Below, piece after piece: positions 26,642 to 38,404 of a stretch of 64,000 bases of DNA; position 1 is the stretch's first letter; the number at the start of each line of letters is the position of its first letter. The DNA comes from Chlorokybus atmophyticus (taxonomy: Eukaryota; Plantae; Mesostigma and Chlorokybus algae), in the NCBI GenBank assembly GCA_009103225.1, contig RHPI01000575.1, positions 171,527 through 235,526 on the forward strand, in the 5' to 3' direction. Below the pieces are notes generated by a model, which was not told the origin of the DNA, searched no databases, and saw only the letters and a list, made by a program, of their open reading frames with translations. The position numbers and the translations under genes are program-made.

Positions 26642-29096
26642 CTGTGCGCGCCAACGCCGTTCGGCTGGGTCTTATAATGCTACTTCCACGATGGCATCCT
26701 CCTGCTCCTCGTTGTAAGGGGTGGGAGCGGAGTCGACGGTTCGACACGGAGCCGTGGCACCAGCAGCGACTTGCGTCCGAGCGCTGTCGTATGTGGCCAT
26801 TGCAGCCTCCCGTGTGAGGGCGTGGCTGCGTGTGGCCACGGCAGCCACTTTGCATTGGGCGCGCGTGCGCGAGACCAACTCGAGAGGCAGGAAACCGTGC
26901 ACCTCTCCGTCATCCTCATCCCAATGTGGCCGAAACCACGCCCGCTCTGTCCAGCAGTCGAGGCCCATGCCCACAGGGAAGTTGAGTCCTGCCCAAGCAA
27001 AAAGTCGAAGGAGCCGGCATTGGTGACCACACATTGCTGGATGATCTCGGTTGTGTGGGTTGGGTCCGGCCCTGTCAACCGAATGCAAAAAGCCTCCCTG
27101 GTGATTCCCATCACCTTATCTCGGCTACATGTGGCAGTGTCCAACACGTACGGGCAAGGCACCAAGTCGGAGCTGGTTATGCCGAGGGGCCGCGCGAGGA
27201 AGCGCCCAATGATGACAAGCTGTGCTCCGGTGTTCAGCATCACTCGCTTGGGTGCCAGGCCGTTAATGGTAATGTGCTTGCCTTGGTTGGCCACCATGGC
27301 AGCATTGGCGTTGATGCGCAGCCTCTTCGTACGAGCTGTCTGCACCTTTGCCTCAGTTCTCTCAGCTGGGGGTGCTGAGCGCATTGCAGCCAGAGCTCCT
27401 CTGCCTGCTAGGTCCGGAGGACCCCCTCCTTGCCCTCTCCCTCTGCCGAACCGACCTTGTCGTGGTGGTTGGTAGACACGCGGGGGCCTCGGTGCTGGAG
27501 GTTCCGGCGCCGGTTGTGGTGGCGGCGCAGGTGGATGCTGCCTCTGCGAAGATGGAATCATGCCCGCGGGTGTACCCAATGGCTGTGGAGGAAACCCCAG
27601 GGGACCCGGTGTTTGTAAGCCTGCCTCGCGTTCAGCTTGCTCCGCGGCGTACGTCCATCGAACAGCATGAGCCGCCTCTCTAACCAACGTCCTTTCCCAC
27701 GTGGCCGTGGGCTCGGTGTCCATGTCGGTCCAGTGATGATATCGAGGCACGAGCTGAAGGTATACGGCGCGTAGTAGCTGTCGCCGCATGTCGTGGGTGA
27801 TGGTGGGGACTCGCAAGAACCCTGCCATGTAGGCATCCCACCTTCCTTATACCACTCCCACATCGAGCACGGTCATGGCGCGCGCGTGTAGGGTGCGCTG
27901 GAGGTCAGTCTGCTGTGCGTGTAGCTCATGAGCAATGGCAATGCGCCGCCGTTGTCGTGCGGCTTCCACCCCTAGCAGCCGCAGTATTGCCTCTTGCACT
28001 CCCTCCAGCGTGTCCGGGGCCGTGGTGGCAGCCTCGTCGTATGCTTGTCGCAGCGAACGAACGAATGCCCCCAACCATAATGCTCGGTTGCCAAAGGCAA
28101 GCAGGGGGACAGCAGGGTGATTGGCAACGAGCCATGTCACGAGACGGGCTCGAGCGGCGCTGCCCTCTCACATCCCCATCATCTGTCTTAACGTGTTGCC
28201 CTCAGGCCTGTGCAGCATGATTGCTTGTCGAATGAATGCGGTACGGAGTTGTTGCTCCCCCACCATACCAGCTCCTCCTCGTTGTGTGGTGTCCCCTTGC
28301 GGGGTGAGGTACCCTTGCCCTGCATCGCGTTGATCCTCAGGCATGTCCTCAATCAAAGGAGGCAACAGCGGGGCCATTACCCCCCTCAATTGTTGCGCCA
28401 ACGCCCTCGCTTGGTCTGCAACAGTTGCTTGTCCTGGCTGTGCAATGGCGATTGCCGTGGAGTGCACTATGGTCAGCGCCGTGGAGGTATCTGCCGGCGC
28501 TGCGCCTGGTACGGCAACGGCGTGTGCTTCGTACGTACCTGTCGGCGCGCGTTCACTTGGGCAGCTTGGTCCACCCGATAACGATGTGCCTGTTCGAGGG
28601 CAGAGAACCGCTCTTGACGGCTGCCTTGAGTGAGCCCCCGAAGCGCGGGATCGGTGCCTAGCGCGATGTCCGACGTGGTGACCACGAGGTCTTGAATTTT
28701 GCGACGCTGGAGTCCGAGTGGGTCCAGTGGTGAGAGCTCGGAGTCGATCTGTTGCGCGGGCATTGGTTGCCGCGATTGACTGGGTGCGCCCTGCAACCTT
28801 GCGTGTAATGCTAAGAACAATTGAATGGCTAGCTCTAACACTGCAGGTCGCCGGTAGGTGACCCCGAAGAGACGATCCCTCATCTCCGGAGCAATGCCGG
28901 CGAGGACTTCATCCTCCAGCTGCTGTTGTGTGGGTTCCGGCAGCGTGTGGTACTCTGGAGGTGGTAGGGGCAAAATGCGATCATCGCGTGCCACGCGCGT
29001 GGTGCGTTGCCCCCCTGGTCCGTACGCAATGGTGGTGGGCTCCACGTTGCGTAGAACCGACGCCCAGGCGCGTTCTGCTTGTGGTCCGCGTGGCAC
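26642..29096 (-). pseudogene. Gag-like region and retropepsin-like protease of the DNMT-Gypsy element
   Basis: Fragmented ORFs 28473..29096, 28168..28467, 27847..28140 and 26680..27828. VMLNTGAQLVIIG (DTG to NTG) and FDFLLG are protease-like. Confidence 0.7.
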
Positions 29097-29109
29097 TTGC
29101 TGTGTGACA

Positions 29110-29940
29110 TCAAGTGCTGGTGGCGGTGCTGTTAGAGTCCTCTAACTCTTTCCAAGTGCTGCGCGGATTGAAGCTCGAGGTACACTGGCTTGTGGTCCGA
29201 CACCCACCCTCCTTTGTGACAATAGCACAGTCCGCCTCGGATGAAGAGAGGGCCTTTGAGACATACAATTGGTCTAGCCCAGCAAGTATGCGTGCTGCTC
29301 CTTGAAGAGGATTGTCCCATGTGTAGACTTGTGAAGAAGGATACCCGTGTCTCCAAACATCTTCAAACCCCCCACTGTTGGCAAAAGTCAGACAGTGCGA
29401 TATTGTCATCCTTGCCGAAGAGACACCCGTGATGTAAACAATCAAATGCTTGATCTTCTACACGGTTCCAATCTCCACCAATGATATATCGATCGGCAGC
29501 GAGAGGGACGCCTTAACCTTATCAAATAAAAGCTCGCGCTGCTTCAGTTTTTTGAAGTGGACGTATACGCTAACAAGCAAAAGTGTACTGCCGTCTTAGG
29601 CTACTCAAACTCAACGAAAACGATAATGGATTGCAACTCCTGTATCAAGAACAGCATACTTTCACGAGATGGGGAACAAGACAGCAACTCCACCTTTGGT
29701 ATCATTTGCGGGTCCCCACATCGCCCCTCCTTTCCATGCATGCTGCCATTTTCATGATGCAATAATAGCAGCACTTAGCTTGGTTTCTTGAAGAGTACAA
29801 ACGCCGTCTCCCTTGCGTTGAAGCGCCCACAAGCGAGAGAATGCGTCTTTACATGAAGGTCAAGATGTAGTGTGGTCTGAATTTAGCCATCAAACATTTC
29901 AAGACCACGCCTTGATGTCCGGCCTGGGAGGTGAACCTGT
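29110..29940 (-). pseudogene. LINE apurinic endonuclease (APE) remnant, 3' truncated
   Basis: KAWS*NV*WLNS (wNvrGLn-like) near 29930; FEDVWRHGYPSSQVYTW, LDQLYVS and VSDHKPVYLEL. Probable ORF1 debris lies upstream to ~31250. Confidence 0.75.
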
Positions 29941-32900
29941 CATGCTATGCCAAGGACTGGCCCCCAGGATTAGTCACTGAGAGGGGTGTGGTCTTTTGCG
30001 TATGGCCATGACAGAGTGAGGAGCGGCGGGGAGGGTGGAAGGGTGCGGGCTGCCCTCTCTGCCATGCGTATGATGTCGATTGCTGACTGGGAGAGCAAGG
30101 TTTGTGGTCCACCCTTAACTCCTAACAGTAGGTCATTGGGAAGCTAAAGAGTTTCCGCAAGGTCTGAGGGCTTAACTGCCATGGGTTGCGCCTTCAAATC
30201 ACTGTTATCCTTCCACATCAAGGCCGCCACCATCATTGTTCTCCCTGTGTAAGTGACGTGTGTAACTCAGCTCCAGGGAGTGGACCATTGTAGTGCGGGG
30301 GTCCAATCCGAGAGTGTGCACATCTAGCGGACGTGCTGTGTCCAGAGCATGAGCAGGTGCTCATATGTGGGTGGCAGTTGGGAGGGAGAGCAATGAAGAC
30401 AAATATCGTGCTACACCTACCCACCAAGCGTCCTGCCTCCATGGATGCACTGCTGCAGCAAGGAGAGGGATTGCGGGAGAGGGGACAGCAGCAGGTGAGG
30501 ACATAAGAGCGCGAGGGGGGCTGGCATCTTCTCTCTGTCGGGTGACAACTGTGGATGGGCCGTTGTCCTCATGTGGATGCCAGCTCGGGGAGAGTGCAAG
30601 CCCGCGGGCTAAAGGACTTGAAGATTGCACTGGTGAGGAGGGGGGGGGGGGNGTTGTATAATTGTCTACTACTTGGGGCGTAGGGAGCAAGGACCAGCAG
30701 CTATGGTCTGTCATCCATTGCCTTGCTGCACTCGCTAGCTGCTGCAATGTAATGTATTCGAGAGCTTACTTACTTGTCGTGGAACATGAGGTGGCCTCCC
30801 ACTTATCAACCGGCACCCAGCGCTAATTGAGGCCCCGGAGACACCTGATATTGTGCTCCACAAGAATAGGGCAGATGAGAAAGAGAACAGGTGCGTTGTC
30901 TGCGCCGCTCCGCACAGGCACCGCAACCAGCATAACAGATTCCAGCTTTGCTATTTCTACCTCTGCTTTTAAGTTGATGCCCGAGGCAGCAAGGGACGAG
31001 CGCAAGATTAAAAGAGCGTGCCCGAACCTTTCGTGTTGCGCGGAGGGGTAAGGTCGTATCGCAGCTTGGAGCGCACCATGGTGGTGTCGGTCAGTGAAGA
31101 GAGGGTTATGTGGCGTTATCCGCTGGAGACAGTAACATAGAGGCACCAAGGTGGCGTATGCCCATGCTGTATCAGTGCCGGGGTGACCGAGTGCTGTTGT
31201 GACAAACTCCAGGTCTAGAAGGTGGGTTGCGCTGTGAGTGTGCAATGCATCTCATCCACTATCAGCGGCAGGCGAGCCTGCAACTGACAGTGAGGGAGTA
31301 CCCCGCTTATTAGGATGAACCTGACTTATGTGCGGGGTGGTGTGGGGTTGAGGGGAAGGAGGAGCCGGAGGTGGGGTGGAGTGCTCTTTCATCCACGTGT
31401 CATCGCCATTCGAGGCAATCCGTCTTCTTCCATGTCCACACGTTTCTCCATAGCTTCGTGGGTGCGGGAGGTAACGCGGTGAGGGGGGTGAGGGAGGTGC
31501 GCGCGGGTGTGGGATGTGGGAGATGGAGAGGTTGTAGGGTGAGGTCGATCACGAGTCAACAATGCGAACCAGTTATTAGTGAGCTAGTTTTTTTTTCGTT
31601 GTTGTTGTTGGTGGTGGTGGTGGTGGTGGTGGTGGTGGTGGTGGAGGTGGAGCGGGTGGTGTTGGAAGGGGTGGAGAGGGGCTCTGAGGAGAGGGGGTGG
31701 TCAAGGTTTGCATAGGGGGTGTGGCCGTGTCGGGGGGAGGGGCAGGCAGGGGGGTAGACGAGGGTGCCGTTCCTGTTTTGCTGAGACTGGATACTAACTT
31801 TGGGATTGGCCAGAGACCTTGCATCAAAAGCAAAATGAAGGGGATGAAGGGGTGAGAATGATGATGTCGGTTTGAGAGACTTGACCTTTATAAGTGGCCC
31901 GACTAATGATGGTCAGGGGAAGTACTGTGTCAGGGAAGTTGGGTGTGAAGCGGCACCGGTAGAAATGGATTTTAGCAAGTCAGGCTGGATCCACATCTTT
32001 ATAAAGGACGGAGCCAGACATAAATTGCGGATTTCGTAAAATTCACGGCTGATTTGTATATATGCTATGACTGTAGCTAAAATATTGTTACACCCTGTCA
32101 CAAACAGCACTCCGCCGGTGACAAATGTAAGCACCGATGCCTCAACAACGTTGAGGATTCGGCGTTGATGTAAATAAAGGTTTATGTCGTGAGAAAGGCA
32201 TGTGAAAATCGTGAATACAGTTGTAATTAAATCATTTACTAGGGGTGCGGCTGATTGGGCGAGAGGCGGGCGTCACCAGTGACTTACCACACATCGCGTC
32301 ACACACTTATCCCGGACACCAGAGCCATCACACTAGCACCAGGGTAAGTGTAACCAAAGACAGACGATTCCCTAATCTCGGACGACTGAAAGTGGTACCT
32401 ATTTGGGACATGTGGTGGTGGCATTTGGCGGTCAAATCGAGTGCTTTTTAAGGTGTCGTGTAGCTATGGACAAATTTTATGACTGCACCAAATTGTGAGG
32501 TGATTGGTTGAGTATCGGTGCCACGGCAAAGGTGCAACTGTTGCACTTATAATTGATCCAGATGGTTGCTTTGACTACGAAGTCTTAAGGATTGAGTTGC
32601 TCGTGTCTGCTGGTGGCGTGTGATAGGTTTGCGCAACCCTCTAATTGTGTGGTTAGCGGTCATTTGAAAGTTTTGGCAGGCAATATAAAAGTGCGTGGCA
32701 ACAGTTTTTGACCTTAGCGAGGGGGCATGTGTACAGGGCTGAGTCAGCTGACAGTATGTCACCCTACATACATGCACATCACATGCACCCAACATGCACA
32801 GCCTTAGACCGCGCCATGCACACATGCACCCAACAGCACAGCCTCAGACCAGGCCATGCACACACGCATACAACTTGTACAGCATCACCTAGGTGGCTAT

Positions 32901-34089
32901 ACACACAAAACACAGTACCAAGAACACAGAACTGTGCACAAGTGCACAGCCTCAGGGTCCTACCTGCGGAGGGTGCTCTACCTTTACAACAGGGCCAGTC
33001 TTGGCACGCTTCTTTGCCTTGGGAGGAGGACCACAGCCCAAAGGTCTGCCCTTGCGCTGACCTGGAGGCTGGGGTGGGGGTGCTGGTGCAGCCTGGGGTG
33101 GGGATGCTTGGAGAGAGGGGGGCGGGGAGGCTGCAGAAGTCAGAATGGGAGATGCTGGTGGAGGGGGGACCAGATCGTGAGGGTACCGGCAGTGAAACTC
33201 GCCTCTCAACAGAGTGAAGTAGTCAACCACCTGACCGACGCCAGCGCCCACAACAGCACCACTCCTGAAACTCCAGCTTGTGGAGGTCTTCAATCTGTGC
33301 TCGAACACTGTGCAAAGCGCAGAGAAACCAGGAATACCCAGGTTGGCCATGATTTTGGTCACGGGTGGGATGGGTCAGTAGGCAAGCGTGGCACGCGCCC
33401 TTGACGGGCGTGTCCCCTCTCCTCCCACTGACTCAGGTCAAGCTGTACGCCGCCGTTGACTCTGGTCGAGATGCAATTGGCCAGACCATCACCATGGCCA
33501 TATGTGCAGACTTGCCACCCTTTATACAGCACCTGAACGTACCCCTCATCCCCGCCACCAGCCACATCGCCATATCACCTGCACTTCTCCGACTCCTTGC
33601 CCACGCGCCACATCGCCATGACCATGTCTATTTGCCATCTGCATGCACACTCAAGTCGTCTGCATTGCGCGGAGGAACACATGCATGCACGCATGCACGC
33701 ACACACACGCATGCATGCGCAATCACATGCAAGAGCCCATGCACAGGCACACATAGGCTAGCAACAGATCTTAACATGGTGAACTGAGGCAGGGCAAAAC
33801 ATCAATCGCAACAAAGGGGTCAGCGGGCGCTTACCCCGGAGACGGCGGCTTGCAGGGGCGTACTGCGGCGCACCAACACAACCCTAAAACACCCACGCAG
33901 CGGGCCGCGGGCGCCAGCAACCTTGCCTCAAACTTTAGCGCAACAACGACCACGAGGTGGGCTGCAAGCCCCGCGGCGATGGCGGCAACCTCGACAGCAA
34001 CGTGACGGGCCAAGAATTGTCAGCACAACACGTCAATGCAGGCTGAGGCCTGTCACACGTCATCTCACCGACACAATAGGCATAAAAGC

Positions 34090-34600
34090 AGCGATGGACG
34101 CGACATTGCAGCACAGCATATGGCGTCACTTGATAGAATATCGTTTGATGTGCTAGCATACGGGATCATATGGCGTGATATGCTCAATAGCATATAGATG
34201 AATATCACACATATGGTATCATGCGTGCAATGTGACCTAAACTTTGTTAACTCAACGACGTAAATAATTTCCGGTTCCGTCATGTCTACAAAGTTTATGT
34301 CACATTATGAGTTGAACTCTTGTAACAAGGACCTCACGACATGTCATGTGACGTCCAGCGACGTCACGCGACATCGCACCATACCAAGCCATATCATACC
34401 ATATAGTGTCGCGGCGATCGATATGCCGGCATATGATGTCATACGCCGTGATATGGCACAATTTCACGCGACATCGCTAGACGTCAGGTTTTCCCTGTGC
34501 GTCATGTTAAAGGAGTTCAGGTTACACTGTGGGTATGAGCGTGATGTGTCCTGCGTATGACGCGATATCATACGCGCCCGGGCGATATGGTTGACGACTA
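34090..34600. repeat. Degenerate 5-bp-period repeat
   Basis: Reads in 5-mers: GACAT GTCAT GTGAC ... GCGAC ATCGC ACCAT ACCAA GCCAT ATCAT ACCAT. Similar patches occur at ~45460-45930 and ~54320-54450. Confidence 0.6.
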
Positions 34601-36609
34601 CCACGGCCCGGAAACCAAGACGCATGCAAGCTCCTCGACGGCAGCGGCGCCAAGATTGTCGAGCGTAGCCGCCATGTGTTCCGTTGGTGCATTGTGTCGC
34701 TCACTTATTCAGGTTCCATGGCGGGTTCTCGGCGTGTTGCCACCTTCAAAAATTACTCCGTCCGCTGCATCTACGGCTGCAACCTTACAGGCATACACAA
34801 AGGCTGGATCGCGAGAGTGGGAGTGCAAAACTTCAGGCCTCACCTTAGTAGCGGTATCCACAAGGACACCTTCAATGCATTGACACGCCAACAGCAAGAC
34901 GACTCGCTCAAGTACAGGTTGGATCTGGTGAGTCCTGCATGCATGGCATGTATTGTTGTGCACGGGTCGAATATTAAACTACTCCACAACCTGGGAGCCC
35001 AACAATGTGCAATGTCACTGTCAATTTACTTTGAGTGCATGTTGTTGTTTGCATGATTGCACAGTGGACGAAATTATGCGGGATTCTAATAATGTTTATG
35101 TACTTGTTGCCACTTAGGGTCGGGCTGCAGTGGCACGACACAAATCCAATCCTACTGTCGATGCCTTTATGCCGGTTGCTAGAACGTGGCCTTTGCAGCA
35201 AACACCCCCCTTGCCACCGTCGCTGCATGATGTTTTGCACCCTGTTGATATTTTACACGATCCTAACCTCATCAAAAACATCAACGCCATTGCCATGACG
35301 ATACCAACAGGTACGTGACTGCTTCGTGGTGACATAAACACGTTTCATTCACTGCATGTATCTAAACAGGTTCTCATGTGACTCCGTCCAAGCGCCGTAG
35401 GAAGTTGTCTTTGGCGCCTGATACTCCCACCATGTCTCATGTCACTGACGACGCTGAAACATGTGATCAATGTTATCGCTGCAGAGGTTCCAACCTGATC
35501 ATGTGAACTATATGAACGCAGGGGAAGCAATGCCGCGTTTGCCAACTCACCAATTCACACCTGAGCTCATGCGTGTTGCTATCGACACTTTTAGTGCCAA
35601 CCTGCTTTGTGAGTACAAAACAACGCTCGTCTACAAAACAAAAGTAAGGCAAATTGTGCCATTGTTTTGACGCACACACCACTTATGGCTTTGTTTGCAG
35701 ATTTTAATTTGTTTAACGAGAACACAGCCCTTCGCGAGCGCAACCAAGAGCAAGCAAAGCAGCTACGTCAAAACCAAACACAGCCTGATCTCCAGATCGC
35801 TGCAAAGCTGTTGAAAATGATAAGTGAACTCAACGGTCTGCATGCAGGCCATGCTGTTACAGAACAACGCTTTGCTGTTCTGGAGCATGCATTACACGAA
35901 GAGCGTGCTGAGCACGCAAGAACATAGTTAAAAACGCAGACGCAGCAAGCATTGTGGGTTTACGCAAGCAGCTGACAAAAGCTCAGCGCAAGGCCACACA
36001 GTTGCAGCAACACAATGAGCGTAACGATGCAAAATTGGCGCGTTTGCAATGCCAGACTAGAGAAGCCAACCAGACGATCGCTGCACTAAAAAAAAAAAAG
36101 GTGTGTGTTCCTGCATTGTTAGATTTTCCAGCAACTGACTTGCTGTTGTAGATTTCAGAGTGGACAAGCGTCCTGCGTCTTCAAACGGCAAACTGGCGAT
36201 TTCGTGAGTGCGTTGACCCCAATGTCATGCAATTCGAGAGCTTCTAGCAACAACTGGAAGTCACCAGAAAGAAGTTGGACAGCTTGGCAAAGTACATGTT
36301 GAAAAAGATCGACCTTGGCGGACAGTTACTAAACAATCACAATTATTACATGTATGAATAAATGCAACACTTTGGTGTTTACTGGTTGCTGTACCAGGCA
36401 TCGCTCCTCTATCGTAAAGATGTTACCAGGCAGCAGCAACTGCAACTTTACCAAACACTCTGGGAGAAGCTTTGTACCTACCTCTGCACAGTTGCCCCGT
36501 TGCTTCGGTTGTTGCTGCGTGAAGCAGCAACAATCGAAGAAATGCAGCAACATGTGCGCCATGACTACAAGGGCAAGCGCGCGGTAGACAGTGAAAATAA
36601 CACATGCGG

Positions 36610-37281
36610 TGTAACAGTCAAGGCCAAATTCTGTGATTTTCATGGCCGTTTTAGGCCTTATTTGTAAGGTACATGTTTTTAATGACTTGTGGCGGATATC
36701 GGCGAGTTATGAGTCTGCCGCGGATATCGACCGGGGCCCCAAGACCAGTCCGGAAGGTGCCAGAAAACGGAGGGCCAGTCGAGAAGGGCTCGACCAGATT
36801 TCTGGAAGGGCCTGGCGCCAAGTAGTATAACTTGACCATATGAGCAGCAAATTAGGAGATCTTTGGTGCGTTGGAAAGGTCTAGAAGTGTACTACAAGAT
36901 TCTGCAAGAGTATCTTAGCTTCTAGTTCCGTCTAGCGCTAGAATCGTCTAGACAGTAGCATGTGTAGACTGGTAGGTATAAAAGTGACATTCTACAACTT
37001 GCAATACAACCTTTAGCTCCCTAGATTCTTGTGTGCAAGCTTGGTGGTGGTTAGCAGGGGTTGCTAGCGTGTGCCCACCGGTGTGTGCTTGTTTGTGTGA
37101 CGATCCAAGGCGCTACACAAGTCGGTGTGTAGCTTCGAGCGCATGCGCGTGCGTACGCGAGTGGCGGGGCGCGCGTGTGTGCTTGGCAGAGGGGGCAAGG
37201 TTCCGGTGTGAATACCGTGTCTTGGTGAGAGGGTTGTGGATTGGACCAACTCACAGGTGACAAGGCACGAGCACCGTCACA
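36610..37281 (+). repeat. 5' LTR (672 bp)
   Basis: TG...CA ends; direct repeat of 41987-42655; TATAAAA at ~36978. Confidence 0.97.
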
Positions 37282-37283
37282 AC

Positions 37284-37295
37284 TGGTATCGGAGC
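37284..37295 (+). promoter_or_regulatory. Primer-binding site (tRNA-iMet 3' end)
   Basis: TGGTATCGGAGC lies 2 nt after the LTR; the consensus is TGGTATCAGAGC. Confidence 0.9.
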
Positions 37296-37375
37296 ACGGT
37301 TTACGAAGGTGAGAGAGGAAGTGTGTGGGCGTTTACACTTTTCATTCGGAAGCGGAGTGTAGTGTGTTAGTGGAG

Positions 37376-38404
37376 ATGGAGGATGCTCGCATGGAAGAGC
37401 TTCAAGCTGCCATCTTGGCACTGAGGGAAGAGCTTCATCACACTCAAGCGGCGGCACAAGCACAACGCGAGGCGTATGAGCATGCGATGGCGCGTGTACA
37501 AATTCCCATGGCATCAAGCTCGCGCGTGCATGTGAAGGTGCCAAAGCCCAAGCCATTCAAGGGTCAACGTGATGGAGATGCAGTGGATGAATGGATTTTT
37601 CAAGTATCGTCTTGGTTGAAGCTCACGGAGGTGCCCACGCATCTGCACGTGGAGGTTGCAGCGACATTGCTTGAAGGTGCAGCACTTGTGTGGTGGAGGC
37701 ATCGATGTACGCGTGTTGCAAACGGGTTGGCGCTACCATTGACCACCATGGAAGAGTTGGCACTGGAGGTCAGGCATCAATTTGTTCCCGTTGAGAGCGT
37801 GAAGGCCGCACGCGACAAACTTGCAGCCCTTGTGCAAATGGGGTCGGTGATGGCGTACACGGCCGCGTTTCAGCGATTGGTGATGTCCATACCCAATATG
37901 ACCGAGGAGGAGCAGTTGGACAGGTATACACGTGGTTTAAAACCTTTGGGGCGTAAAGAAGTGGAGCTACGGGACCCGAAGACACTCGCGGAGGCTATAC
38001 GCATCGCGGAGCGTCTCGACGCGTTGTACTTCAAGTCCACCACAAGAAACACTGACTGGAGGCAAAGGCATGGTGATCAGCCCCGGGGAGGCTTTCAACA
38101 TGCATGGAGACGAGGAGAACCAAGTTCAGCACTTGCCAATGGAGGTGGAGCTGACTCTGGGCCTGCACCAATGGAGGTGGGTGCCATACACACGCATGGA
38201 AGTGAGGCGAAGCACGGCGGACGTGGTGAAAGAGGTAAAGGTGTGCGCAAGTGTTATGCGTGTGGGTCGACGGAGCATTTGGCGTACGGATGCCCCAAAC
38301 GAAGCACGCAAAGGCCAACACCGGATGGCAACCCTCGCCGTGATCGTCGCGTCAACACCATGGAGCAAAATGGCGTGGAGCAGGAAAACGACTTCCCCCA
38401 GTAG
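37376..38404 (+). CDS. gag: Gag with CCHC zinc knuckle
   Basis: Motifs KVPKPKPFKG..DAVDEWIFQV, YTAAFQRL and CYACGSTEHLAYGC. Confidence 0.95.
   Translation: MEDARMEELQAAILALREELHHTQAAAQAQREAYEHAMARVQIPMASSSRVHVKVPKPKPFKGQRDGDAVDEWIFQVSSWLKLTEVPTHLHVEVAATLLEGAALVWWRHRCTRVANGLALPLTTMEELALEVRHQFVPVESVKAARDKLAALVQMGSVMAYTAAFQRLVMSIPNMTEEEQLDRYTRGLKPLGRKEVELRDPKTLAEAIRIAERLDALYFKSTTRNTDWRQRHGDQPRGGFQHAWRRGEPSSALANGGGADSGPAPMEVGAIHTHGSEAKHGGRGERGKGVRKCYACGSTEHLAYGCPKRSTQRPTPDGNPRRDRRVNTMEQNGVEQENDFPQ

Larger units (their letters stand above)
21124..29100 (-). mobile_element. Ty3/Gypsy retrotransposon encoding gag-PR-DNMT-RT-RH-IN-PHD (decayed; 5' LTR not seen)
   Basis: Domain order is read from consecutive minus-strand ORFs, followed by a PPT and an LTR-like repeat. 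Confidence 0.9.

Noticed and set aside
18942-29100. One giant element combining YR and DNMT-Gypsy pol
   Set aside because: The YR element has its own RNase H/MT and the Gypsy has its own RH/integrase/PPT. The LTR repeat truncates the YR element's RT, which fits nesting or deletion.
31576-31833. Extensin/proline-rich protein exon
   Set aside because: Arises from a (GGT)n/G-rich low-complexity tract; no signal peptide or supported splice context.
32952-33565. Possible gene fragments (VLYKGWQV..., GQVVDYFTLLRGEFHCRYP, RKGRP)
   Set aside because: Protein-like but no recognisable domain, and broken by a frame change; cannot be assigned.
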